Origin: Candidatus Woesebacteria bacterium
GTDB lineage: Bacteria; Patescibacteriota; Microgenomatia; UBA1400; UBA1396
Assembly: GCA_021208605.1 (NCBI GenBank)
Contig: JAJOJK010000002.1
Location: 37,606 to 101,605 of the forward strand
DNA length: 64,000 nt
Direction of reading: 5' to 3'
The stretch's first letter is position 1, and each line of letters starts with the position of its first letter. The notes beneath the pieces were generated by a model, which made no database searches, was not told the DNA's origin, and was given only the letters and a program-made list of their open reading frames with translations. This document shows positions 49,552-59,123 of the stretch, piece by piece. The position numbers and the translations under genes are program-made.

Positions 49552-50463
49552 GCCAAACTCATGGATAACAAATGGCAAACCTTGTAACGTGAGGAGAACG
49601 TACACAGCTCGACTCATAAGTGCAAAAAGTGTGGTGAGAGTAGGATCCACTCCAAATATTCCGAGAGTATATATCAACACCAATTCTCGTGTTCCCCATC
49701 CATTTACACTCACGGGTATGAGCATAATGAGCTCAACGAGCACGAAAGCGAATCCAATCTGGAAAACTGATACTGGCAGTGCCACCATCAAAGCCACCCC
49801 ATATGCCATAACTATCTGAATTACCTGAGCAAGAAGCGTGAAACCGATCGAAGGTATGAGCACATTATGATTCAGAAGCGTACTCTTTACAGTACTGAGT
49901 AATGAAAAAAGTTTTTGCTTGAAGAAACGGAGTGATATCAAGAAAATAATACCTGTAATCGGAATCAAATAGATATACTTTTTCAGAGAGCTAAAATCAA
50001 AAGAAACAAAATCAATTTGGGTAAATAAGTACAAAGAAAACAGGAAAAAGAGTAAAACACGAGTACTTAAACCAACAACTCTTTCAATAATTACCGTCGA
50101 GAGTGAAATAGTTTTCGGTACATCATATTTTTTATTCAGGTGGACCACTCGGTACCCATCTCCAACAATACTACCCGGCGAAATTTGGTTTATGCAGTTG
50201 TGTTTTAGGTACAGTAAAAATAGTTCCTTCAGAGGCACTTCAACTGATAGATGTCGCAAAGCTACTCGCCATCGTAAAGACATCACCAATAAAAGCAGAT
50301 AGTAGAAAATAACTGGAATGACGATATATTCCCAGCGAGTAGACAGCAAGTTTTCAAAAAAGAACCTAAAGTCAACGAAGTAGTAAATAAGAAAACTTGT
50401 CAGAGCTATAGAAACACCATATCGAAGCCATCGTGCACGAAGAAGTGATTGTATTTGTTTCAT
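49522..50463 (-). CDS. Lysylphosphatidylglycerol synthase TM-domain (UPF0104) flippase-like protein
   Basis: SLRW, PGSIVGDGYR, IIER, PVSVNGWGTRE. Confidence 0.85.
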   Translation of the reverse strand: MKQIQSLLRARWLRYGVSIALTSFLIYYFVDFRFFFENLLSTRWEYIVIPVIFYYLLLLVMSLRWRVALRHLSVEVPLKELFLLYLKHNCINQISPGSIVGDGYRVVHLNKKYDVPKTISLSTVIIERVVGLSTRVLLFFLFSLYLFTQIDFVSFDFSSLKKYIYLIPITGIIFLISLRFFKQKLFSLLSTVKSTLLNHNVLIPSIGFTLLAQVIQIVMAYGVALMVALPVSVFQIGFAFVLVELIMLIPVSVNGWGTRELVLIYTLGIFGVDPTLTTLFALMSRAVYVLLTLQGLPFVIHEFGLRNTFQKKE

Positions 50464-50465
50464 AG

Positions 50466-51440
50466 CTATTTAAATATTCGTAAATATGCCTTTTTATATA
50501 TATCAAAACGCCAGAGCCACGGCACTTGAAGATACGTATTCACGAACAAAAGAGCGGCTAAAACATTTACTGGCATTGCCATCAAGCTTTTCAAAAGATA
50601 GATTCTGCTTGCCCTAAATTCGCGTGCTTGCGCTTTAAAAATACCTGTTTGTAAATATATACTAGAAATAATAGTTCTGTACCTCCACGCTGGAATGAGA
50701 AATTTTCTGCCATAGATTCGATAATTCTTTTGAATGACCGCTATTCTCTCTAAATACGCCTTTGTTTTGTCTCTGTTGTGGAGGTTTTTATCATGCATTC
50801 TCCACGAAGCTAAGACTTCATTGATATAAGCAAACTGTGTATGTGCGGCACACCGCATAAAAAAGTCGTAATCATTACTGATACTGTAATTCGCATCAAA
50901 ATCACCAACGAGATCATACAGGGACCGGCGAAATGTCACCGAAATAGCCGAGACAAACATACCCTTTAAAAGCAACTCTTTAAAAATCCAACCTTTTTGA
51001 GGACCTATTGGGTTCTCAGCAAAACGTGATTCTGAAATAATATTTCCATCTTTATCAATCCGAGCCGCATCCGTATACACCACGCCCACTTCTGGGTTGG
51101 AATCGAGCACCTGTACCATTTTTTCAAGGGCCGTCTCATGCCAGAGATCATCTGAACCAATGTGAGAAATATACGTTCCTTTTGCGTGCTGCATGGCGTA
51201 GGAGATAGCAAACGCTATCCCTTTATTCTGTGACAAGGGTAGAAATCGAACTTTTGCGTACTTCTTTTTTTTCAGTAGCTGCTCAATATACTGCGGCGTT
51301 TCGTCGGTGGAACCGTCATCAACCAAAATGATCTCAAAATCTTGGTACGTTTGCGCTACTAATGAATCGAGAGTCTCTTGGAGGAACTCTGTTCTATTAT
51401 AAGTCGCTAAGGTAATGGAAACAGTTGGAGCGCTCATCAC
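50466..51440 (-). CDS. Glycosyltransferase family 2
   Basis: TYNR, VDDGSTD, GSDD, SNDYDF. Confidence 0.92.
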   Translation of the reverse strand: MMSAPTVSITLATYNRTEFLQETLDSLVAQTYQDFEIILVDDGSTDETPQYIEQLLKKKKYAKVRFLPLSQNKGIAFAISYAMQHAKGTYISHIGSDDLWHETALEKMVQVLDSNPEVGVVYTDAARIDKDGNIISESRFAENPIGPQKGWIFKELLLKGMFVSAISVTFRRSLYDLVGDFDANYSISNDYDFFMRCAAHTQFAYINEVLASWRMHDKNLHNRDKTKAYLERIAVIQKNYRIYGRKFLIPAWRYRTIISSIYLQTGIFKAQAREFRASRIYLLKSLMAMPVNVLAALLFVNTYLQVPWLWRFDIYKKAYLRIFK

Positions 51441-52534
51441 TTCTCGTTTTCAAAGGACTGTATTAACTCAATAACATACGCAATCTGCTCATCTGTCATC
51501 CCTGGGTAAATAGGCAAACTGAGGATTCTAGCTGTATACTTTTGTGCAACCGGAAACTCTTCTGGGGAGTGATTCATGTACGAAAAACACTGCTGCATGT
51601 GTAATGGTATTGGATAGTGAATAAGCGTATCAACCCCGTTCTCCTGCAAATAGGCCTGTAACTCATCGCGCTCCGGGTGCTGAATTACATAGAGGTGATA
51701 CACACTTTCAATTTCATCTGGAATACTGAGACGATATTCTCCTAAAGCTACGTCATATTTTTGGGCAATGTACTTTCTTTGTTGATTCCAGCTGTCTAAG
51801 TGCGGGAGTTTTGTACGCAAAAATGCAGCCTGAAGCTCATCAAGTCGAGAATTTTTTCCTAGCATTTCATGGTGATACTTTTTCTTTTGTCCGTAGTTAT
51901 GCAGAAGCTTGGCTTGTTCATAAAGTTCAGGATCATTGGTAACAATGGCTCCTGCATCACCATAGGCTCCGAGGTTTTTACCCGGATAGAAACTAAATGC
52001 AGCCATGTTTCCAAACGTTCCTGCCTTTTTCCCTGAATATGTTGCACCATGTGCCTGGCAAGCATCCTCCAGGATCTGAATACCGTGTTTTTCGGCCAGC
52101 TGCATAAGCTGGTCCATTGGAACCATAGAGCCATACAAATGAACCGGTAAGATAACTTTTGTATTGTTGTTTATGGCAGCGGCAACAGCATTCACGTCCA
52201 TTTGCAAAGTTGCCTCATCCACATCAACAAAAACGGGTGTTCCCCCTGCTTCGATTACTGCCAATGCAGTAGCCACAAAAGTATGTGTTGGCAAAATGAC
52301 TTCGTCATTTTCACCAACTCCCATGGCTTTCAGAGCTAAGATGAGTGCATCTGTGCCACTTCCCACACCAACACAGTACTTACTGCCAATATAAGCAGCA
52401 AATTCTTTCTCGAACTCGTCGACTTCATTTCCTAAAATAAAGTGTTGAGCAGCAAAAACACGATCAAAATCATCCTGCAGCTCTGCTTTCACTTCTTGAT
52501 ATTGGGGCGAAAGATCGACGAAAGGTACCTTCAT
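51437..52534 (-). CDS. DegT/DnrJ/EryC1/StrS sugar aminotransferase (FdtB-like)
   Basis: MKVPFVDL, GTDAL, PVHLYG, EDACQAHG, SFYPGKNLG, NSRLDELQAA. Confidence 0.94.
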   Translation of the reverse strand: MKVPFVDLSPQYQEVKAELQDDFDRVFAAQHFILGNEVDEFEKEFAAYIGSKYCVGVGSGTDALILALKAMGVGENDEVILPTHTFVATALAVIEAGGTPVFVDVDEATLQMDVNAVAAAINNNTKVILPVHLYGSMVPMDQLMQLAEKHGIQILEDACQAHGATYSGKKAGTFGNMAAFSFYPGKNLGAYGDAGAIVTNDPELYEQAKLLHNYGQKKKYHHEMLGKNSRLDELQAAFLRTKLPHLDSWNQQRKYIAQKYDVALGEYRLSIPDEIESVYHLYVIQHPERDELQAYLQENGVDTLIHYPIPLHMQQCFSYMNHSPEEFPVAQKYTARILSLPIYPGMTDEQIAYVIELIQSFENEK

Positions 52535-53811
52535 AGTTCCTTTTCTAAAATTTGTAAACAAGTCTCAAGAGTTTCAATACAGAAGTCAATTTCATCTCGG
52601 GATATCCGATAGCTTGGGATTATGCGGAACGTTTTACCTTTTTGAATCGCTTGTACCATCACACCCCGCTGCTCAAGCAGATCAATAAGTCTCATTCCAG
52701 GGTTGTTCGTTTCGGTAAAGTATTCTTCAGGCAGATCAAAAGAAATCATCAATCCTTCGCCACGTGGTCGCAGCAGCAAAGCACTCTTCTTCGAAAGCTC
52801 TTGCAGTCTGCTTACAAAGTATTCACCCGTTTCTAGAATTTTCGAAAGCATATCTTCTTTTTTAATCGTATTAATTAAATGAAGGACCATCCGTGCAGAA
52901 AAAGGATCATTCTGGTGCGAACTAAAGTGAATGAACTTCCCTTCTACCGCCTCCGCAATTTCTTGAGAAAACATCACAGCTGAAACGGGAAAACCAAGTC
53001 CAGCTGCCTTTGCTAGTACTAAAATATCAGGAACTATGCCGGTTCGCTCGTAGCCAAACCAGGTCCCGAGTCGGCCCAGTCCAGTTTGACATTCATCATA
53101 GATCAACAAGGCACCATGTTTCTTGGCAATTTCAGCCAAACCAGCAAAATACTCTTTTGGCAAATAAATCATGCCACCGACCGATACAACTGGCTCAATA
53201 ATAAACGCCGCTATGGTACCTTCAAATTCCGAAAGATATTCTTCGGCGGCTTGGAGGTGCTCAGCTATATACTCGCTGCCATCAACATCTGCAGGACGAT
53301 TATGCCAATCAGGAGTAGGAATAAAGTGGGAACCAGGAACGAGCGGGTGAGCGTATGCACCACCACTCGAAATACTCTGTGTTGCCAAGGTCAACCCGTG
53401 ATACCCATTGGTAATCGAAACAATTCCATCTTTCTTGGTGTAAAAACGGGCATACCGCAACGCGCACTCAACAGCCTCTGCGCCGGTAGAAAGCAAGATT
53501 GTTTTTTGCAATGTATCATTGGTTATCTCGCTAAGCGCGCGACACGCTTCGAGAACCTCTTCAGTCAAACACAGCGTGTTAGTGTGCAAAATCTTTTTGC
53601 TTTGCTGGTATACAACTTCGGCTAACTCTTCATCACCATGCCCCAAGACCTCACAAAACTGTCCGCCCATTAAATCAAGATAGCGGTTGCCATCTATATC
53701 TTTGTAGTAGCTACCTTCTGCTGAAGCCAGTATGGGCGCACGAAATGGAGTAACTTCAAGTACATACTTCTGATACTCATCAAAAAACTGTTTACTTTTC
53801 TTCATGTTCAT
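52531..53811 (-). CDS. Class III PLP-dependent aminotransferase
   Basis: STGAEAVE, GYHG, IIEP, DECQTGLGR, PDILVLAK. Confidence 0.9.
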   Translation of the reverse strand: MNMKKSKQFFDEYQKYVLEVTPFRAPILASAEGSYYKDIDGNRYLDLMGGQFCEVLGHGDEELAEVVYQQSKKILHTNTLCLTEEVLEACRALSEITNDTLQKTILLSTGAEAVECALRYARFYTKKDGIVSITNGYHGLTLATQSISSGGAYAHPLVPGSHFIPTPDWHNRPADVDGSEYIAEHLQAAEEYLSEFEGTIAAFIIEPVVSVGGMIYLPKEYFAGLAEIAKKHGALLIYDECQTGLGRLGTWFGYERTGIVPDILVLAKAAGLGFPVSAVMFSQEIAEAVEGKFIHFSSHQNDPFSARMVLHLINTIKKEDMLSKILETGEYFVSRLQELSKKSALLLRPRGEGLMISFDLPEEYFTETNNPGMRLIDLLEQRGVMVQAIQKGKTFRIIPSYRISRDEIDFCIETLETCLQILEKEL

Positions 53812-54724
53812 AGAGTTCCTTTAGCACTTCTTTCATGCCGGCGACAAAAGAGTATTCTGGTCTAAACCCAAGTTCACTTTTTGCTTTCTCAATACTAGGC
53901 ACATTATGCACTGGTTGTCTGTTTTCCTCGACCACATTTTCGATCTCCATCTGAGAACCAGTGAGTGCTTCAATGCTGGAGACTATATCCCGAATAGTCA
54001 CCACATCTTCCCCGGCAATGTTGTAAAAAGTATTTGTGTTGACATCGAGAGCGCGCATAACTGCAGAGGCGGCATCTTCAACATAGAGAAAACGTCTCTT
54101 GTCTACGCCTTCATTGAGCAAACGAAAGACTTTCTTTTCTTTCCAGGACTGCACCGCAAAAGGAATGACTCGCACGAGTGGCTCATTCGGTCCATAAACC
54201 TGAGAAAAACGCAAACCAGTGTAAGGAATACTATTCATTCGTGACCAATACTCAAGATATGTTTCGGCAGCATATTTGGCCACACCATAAGAAGATTCTG
54301 GTTGGATTCTATGATCTTCACTGTACTCTTCATGCTCTGGAACACCGTAAATATCTATGGTGCTGGTAAACACCACTTTCTTAGTGTTTTTTCCCACGGT
54401 CTCTAAGAAATAAAGGAAAGAATCAAAGTTTTTTTCTTTGGCAGCAATTAGACTGTCGACGCCCTCACTGCGAGGTAAGATGCTAGCAGCTGCGAATATG
54501 GCACTCTCAGTCTCTCCGATACGATCTGCTAACGCCTCGTACTCCTTCAAGGACAACTCGAAAAGATCACACTGAACAAAATGCAGACATGGATGGTGTG
54601 ATGTCCGCTCTTTCCGCGAAATGGAAATAACCTCAGCACCCAGAGAAAGCAGGCGTTCTACTATACGCGTTCCAATAAATCCGGTCCCTCCAGTAATGAC
54701 TATCTTTTTACCCTCTAAATTCAT
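53792..54724 (-). CDS. NAD-dependent epimerase/dehydratase
   Basis: TGGTGFIG, YGVAK, VYGP. Confidence 0.9.
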   Translation of the reverse strand: MNLEGKKIVITGGTGFIGTRIVERLLSLGAEVISISRKERTSHHPCLHFVQCDLFELSLKEYEALADRIGETESAIFAAASILPRSEGVDSLIAAKEKNFDSFLYFLETVGKNTKKVVFTSTIDIYGVPEHEEYSEDHRIQPESSYGVAKYAAETYLEYWSRMNSIPYTGLRFSQVYGPNEPLVRVIPFAVQSWKEKKVFRLLNEGVDKRRFLYVEDAASAVMRALDVNTNTFYNIAGEDVVTIRDIVSSIEALTGSQMEIENVVEENRQPVHNVPSIEKAKSELGFRPEYSFVAGMKEVLKELYEHEEK

Positions 54725-55725
54725 GTTTGATCCCTCGCAGAGCCGAACTCCTGTCCATCTCTATAATACACTTCCTGCCAAAAACGAGTCATAGTGACTC
54801 CTGGGTGAAACTCAGCTGACATGTCTCTGTCCTCTCCCAAAAACAACTCTAGTGCTTGTTGATGAATATTTACTCCAGCGACCGTGCTCAAAATTGACCC
54901 GGCAGAAAAACGCGGATTGATTTCAATAAAATGAAACTCACCATCTTCAGATTGAATAAACTCAATATTCGCCGGACCACAAATACCTAGTGCTTCACTC
55001 ACCTCTCGGGCGAGAGCAACAAGCTTCGCATTATGCGTAGTGGTTGATTTCACTCCAACTCCACTCTTAGACTCGTGCTCAATTCGAGGCAGAGCATATA
55101 AATTCTTTCCTTCTAGAGTGTTCAGCACATCGACTACATAGAGTGTCCCTGGATAGTATGGCTGCACCACACAATCGCTTGATTTCAACTGCATAAATTG
55201 CAAGTCTTCAGCCGTAGGAATGAGAGAGATTCCTCGGCTACTAAGGCCTTTCCTGGGTTTGGCAAAAAGAGGAAATGAGACGGCGTGTACCTCTACTTCT
55301 TCAAGCAGCCAGGTTGGAGTCGTTTCAACTCCTTCCTTCTGCAAAGCCTGATACGTTTTCAATTTGTCATTGCAGTTTTGAACTGTTTCATGAGATGACG
55401 CAACTATCTTCACTCCCTTGTCAGCAAAAGCCACTTTGTTCTGAGAAAGAAGCAAAACTTCTTCATCAACAATGGGAACAACTACCTCAATTTCATATCT
55501 CTCGCATATTTCGAGCATTTTGGAAATGTACTCATCAGAGTGAAAAAGTGGCACAGTCTCAAAATCATCGCAAAACACGCTTCCAGCGACTGTATCAGAG
55601 GAGTTACTGTCAGTTCCTACGATATACACAGGGAGTGTGCCTCTCCGTAAACCCTTTATAACCGACAACGCTGTCGTACTTCCGACAGCTGAAATAAGTA
55701 CTCGTACCGCAGAACTATTCCTCAT
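54721..55725 (-). CDS. ATP-grasp protein (PylC/CarB-like)
   Basis: CNDK, FPLFAKPRKG.SSRG, EINPRF. Confidence 0.87.
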   Translation of the reverse strand: MRNSSAVRVLISAVGSTTALSVIKGLRRGTLPVYIVGTDSNSSDTVAGSVFCDDFETVPLFHSDEYISKMLEICERYEIEVVVPIVDEEVLLLSQNKVAFADKGVKIVASSHETVQNCNDKLKTYQALQKEGVETTPTWLLEEVEVHAVSFPLFAKPRKGLSSRGISLIPTAEDLQFMQLKSSDCVVQPYYPGTLYVVDVLNTLEGKNLYALPRIEHESKSGVGVKSTTTHNAKLVALAREVSEALGICGPANIEFIQSEDGEFHFIEINPRFSAGSILSTVAGVNIHQQALELFLGEDRDMSAEFHPGVTMTRFWQEVYYRDGQEFGSARDQT

Positions 55726-56137
55726 CCCACTCCTGATTAAATAATGGATGCGCAAACGTATCATTCTCCGACCACATGCCATTAGCATAATTGATCATAG
55801 CAGCATACTCAGAAAGACTCTTAAACCCATGCACAACATACGGTCCGGTCTCTAAACGCACATACTTACTGTGGTCAGCATCAATAATAATCTCTTCTTT
55901 TTCTCCGGTACGCACATCTTTGAGACGAACTAGTATTTTCCCGGATACAACACCAAACCACTCTCGCCAGTGTTTGTGATAATGTTCACCACGAATCTGG
56001 TTCTCTCCATGAAAAGTTACAAAATAAATCTGCCCAAACGTTCGATCCTGCTCTTTGAGTTCATCACTTTTCAGAAAAACCACGAGGTCACCGCGGGAGT
56101 CGTTTATTTTTTCAAATTCTTGGATTGTGTAGTCCAT
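55715..56137 (-). CDS. Sugar-modifying cupin (WxcM/FdtA-like)
   Basis: DSRGDL, RGEHYH...EWF, VVHG. Confidence 0.85.
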   Translation of the reverse strand: MDYTIQEFEKINDSRGDLVVFLKSDELKEQDRTFGQIYFVTFHGENQIRGEHYHKHWREWFGVVSGKILVRLKDVRTGEKEEIIIDADHSKYVRLETGPYVVHGFKSLSEYAAMINYANGMWSENDTFAHPLFNQEWDEE

Positions 56138-56152
56138 AGACTTCCTTAATTT

Positions 56153-57070
56153 TTACAAAGATATCTGTTCAATATTGTTGGTAGGAAAATATGAGTTTTC
56201 TTTTTCAGAAACTAACCGTATTTCCTGATCATCACTATATATCTTGTGCAAGGTGATATCAATTCCACCCGACTGCACGTCAACCTCCGCAACGTAATTA
56301 TAAAAGTACTTGTCGGTAAAACGCCCATGGACTTCTTCGAAGATGAAGTTCCCAAGGCTATAGAGTAAAAACTGATTGCTTTCGGCTGAATAATAGGTTT
56401 TACCGTTTTGATGAGAGTGATGACCAAAGACTGCGTGTGGTATAGAGTCAGGTATATATTTTCGCAGTGACGTAAGCTGTTTAAAATCCTTTTTGCTAAA
56501 ATCATCTCGTCCGCACTTCCCAACATGCGGAAAACCAATCACAGCCAGAACATCTGAAAAATCTTTTCGCTGCAGAGCTTGTTGCACATCTGCAATTGAA
56601 TATGGAAATTTTCCGTATCGATGATTATAGAGATTTGCAGTCACTCCATATTTACTGGGATTTACGAGGTTGCAGTTATAAATCAGAATTCTTCCCTTAT
56701 TCGGAACAATTACTTCTTCGATGACCCCAGCCAGTGATTCTACTGATTGATACGACAGATCTTCATTCTGTAAGAATCGAACGGTTTCCAATACACCCTT
56801 CTTTCCGAAATCGAAAATGTGATTATTAGAAAGGAAAAAAAATGCGTTGAGTTTCGGGAAGTTCTTGCCATTCTTGCTAAGAGAAAAAACGGGATAGTTT
56901 CCAAGGAGTTTTGCAATCCATGATGTACCACTGTTCTCTGGTTTCTTTGAAAGAACCACCGACTCTAAATTAAAATACACGCGTGAACCACCAAGCATTT
57001 TGACAATCTCTGGCTGTATAGTTCGCTTCGTATTCGGGAAAATAGTATCGCCGGCAAAAAATATTTTCAT
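56153..57070 (-). CDS. CapA-family (metallophosphatase fold) protein
   Basis: FAGD, NLE, SNNHIFDFG, GHHSH, YSLGNF. Confidence 0.82.
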   Translation of the reverse strand: MKIFFAGDTIFPNTKRTIQPEIVKMLGGSRVYFNLESVVLSKKPENSGTSWIAKLLGNYPVFSLSKNGKNFPKLNAFFFLSNNHIFDFGKKGVLETVRFLQNEDLSYQSVESLAGVIEEVIVPNKGRILIYNCNLVNPSKYGVTANLYNHRYGKFPYSIADVQQALQRKDFSDVLAVIGFPHVGKCGRDDFSKKDFKQLTSLRKYIPDSIPHAVFGHHSHQNGKTYYSAESNQFLLYSLGNFIFEEVHGRFTDKYFYNYVAEVDVQSGGIDITLHKIYSDDQEIRLVSEKENSYFPTNNIEQISL

Positions 57071-57071
57071 A

Positions 57072-57781
57072 CTACTTTTTCACCACAAGGAGATAGTTTA
57101 GTGGGAAAAGCGACTCATTTTTCGTCATCCTATCCAGCTGCAAAAGCACCCAGTATAGCGGGTATAAAAGTGGTACAAGAAGTTTCCCAATTACAGGGAT
57201 TCCGTATAAGGGTGAAATCACCGTAGCAAATACATATCCCAAAAAGGCAAAAAAGCCACCTATAGGAGTAATTTCCAAAACCGTGAAACCTGCATCCTCG
57301 GCTAGCATTTGCAGACCGTACCTGGTATAGCGGTAAAAGTCATAGGGAGCATTGTGAATATACCCTAACATTGGGACAGTAATAATAGCCGTCCCGGATG
57401 GCTTTAAGACTCGATATATTTCTCCCATTGCGTGCCATGGATGCGGCACATGTTCCAACACTTGCGAACAAAAAACAACATCAAACTTCTTTGACTTAAA
57501 AGACATTTTTCGATATCGGTCACTACATCCAAATCTTTGTGTACTTTTTGGAAATCAGAACTTGTATACGTATCTCCATGCTCTTGTAATAACGACCGAT
57601 AGGCCAATTTCCCTGCTCCGGCATCAAGAAAATCACCACCATCAGTATACTTTTCTAGAGCATACTCAGTTGAGTTCAGTAAAGATATACCAGCAGGCGA
57701 ACGCATCCAATAGGCACGGGTACCAGCATACTGTTTTGCTACTTTTTTATTTAATTCTTTAAGTATTTTTTTGAGGCTCAT
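57072..57781 (-). CDS. Class I SAM-dependent methyltransferase, split by a 1-nt deletion at about 57506
   Basis: LDAGAG in the first part; FDVV..QVLEHV and RVLKPSG in the second. The A5 run at 57506-57510 needs to be A6 to read DIEKMSF. Confidence 0.86.
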
Positions 57782-59123
57782 AACTTCCTTCTTCCTTCGT
57801 GACCAGACTCTCAGTATATAAATACTTCCCCGAAGCACTCGGGGCAATTTCGTCTACAAACTCAAATACCACCCGACTGTCACTTCCCATGACGGTTCTA
57901 ATATCAGCGGTCATTTGAGCTTGCTCTTCTGGGTTTGGTTTGCCATTCAGAACCACTAAGCAGCGCACCAAGTCGAGCTCTTCTTGTATCACTTTAAACC
58001 GTTTCACCCAAGATTTGAAGTAAAAGACATGCGTAAAGTACTCACCGTGCACAACCGTGCCGTCGGCTCGCACAAAGTGATTGGTAATACGCCCGGTCAC
58101 CTGAGAGAGCTTTGGAGTCGTATTCTGCGTTACTTTGTACTTGTTCTCAGCAAGCCATTCAGCTGTGTCACCAATGTGGTATCGAATCAGAGGCATGGAG
58201 TAGTTTTCGAGAGTGGTGACGAGTATTTCTCCACTCTCAGTAATCTCTAAGAAATGAGTCCAAGGAAATGTATTTAAGCCATTCTGTGTTTTGTCCTCGG
58301 CAGCCATATCACCCACTTCTCGCGATCCGTATTGGTTGTAGACTTTGGTGTTTAAAACGGACTCTACATAGGTACGCACTTCTTCAGTCAGCACACCCGC
58401 TGTGGTAATCACAGATGCCGGTGGGTGTTCTAAGACGAGCGAATTGGCTTCCATAAAACGGGCAAGCTGATAAATACTATCCACATACACCCAAATATGC
58501 TGAGGTCGAAATGTATCAATCTCAGCAACATATGCCCGCATATCGTCTTCCGTCATTAAGAAAGCATTGAGCAGTCGACGGTTATACAAAAAATTCATAA
58601 GTTGCTCTTTGAGGCCGATGGAGCCCTGCAAAATATCTCGCTCGGATCCCCAGAGCTTCACTTCTCTTTGACCGACCTGTTTTCCCACAAGTCCGGCATA
58701 GTACAACTTGTTGGCAATATTCCAGTCTTTATAACGCGAATCTTGCAAAAACACTACCGGCTCACCTGTCGACCCACCTGATGTGTTCTCAAAACTCCCT
58801 CTGCTCTTATGATCAATAGCGTGTAAATTTTCACCAAGAGAGCGTAGTTTCTCTTTGGTCATAATAGGAACTTTTTTGAACGCAGCAAGATCGACAGTGC
58901 CATTTTTTTTAATGACCCCACACCGCCTTAACTCAGCGTGGTAGTACGGAACCTTTTTAGAGGCGTGCAGAAGAAGTTGCTGGAGTTTCTGCTCCTGGAG
59001 TTCTTTCAGTGTGTCGGCCGAATAGTGGTGATACTGCCAAATTTTCCGTAAATTCCACGGAATGTGACTCCCTGTCACAGCGAGTAAGCCAAAAATAAGT
59101 GGTCGCCGCCAATTTCCTACCAT
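57759..59123 (-). CDS. CapK / phenylacetate-CoA ligase-like adenylating protein
   Basis: VPYY, TSGGSTGEP, YGSRE, RYHIGD, SGK. Confidence 0.88.
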   Translation of the reverse strand: MVGNWRRPLIFGLLAVTGSHIPWNLRKIWQYHHYSADTLKELQEQKLQQLLLHASKKVPYYHAELRRCGVIKKNGTVDLAAFKKVPIMTKEKLRSLGENLHAIDHKSRGSFENTSGGSTGEPVVFLQDSRYKDWNIANKLYYAGLVGKQVGQREVKLWGSERDILQGSIGLKEQLMNFLYNRRLLNAFLMTEDDMRAYVAEIDTFRPQHIWVYVDSIYQLARFMEANSLVLEHPPASVITTAGVLTEEVRTYVESVLNTKVYNQYGSREVGDMAAEDKTQNGLNTFPWTHFLEITESGEILVTTLENYSMPLIRYHIGDTAEWLAENKYKVTQNTTPKLSQVTGRITNHFVRADGTVVHGEYFTHVFYFKSWVKRFKVIQEELDLVRCLVVLNGKPNPEEQAQMTADIRTVMGSDSRVVFEFVDEIAPSASGKYLYTESLVTKEEGSYEPQKNT

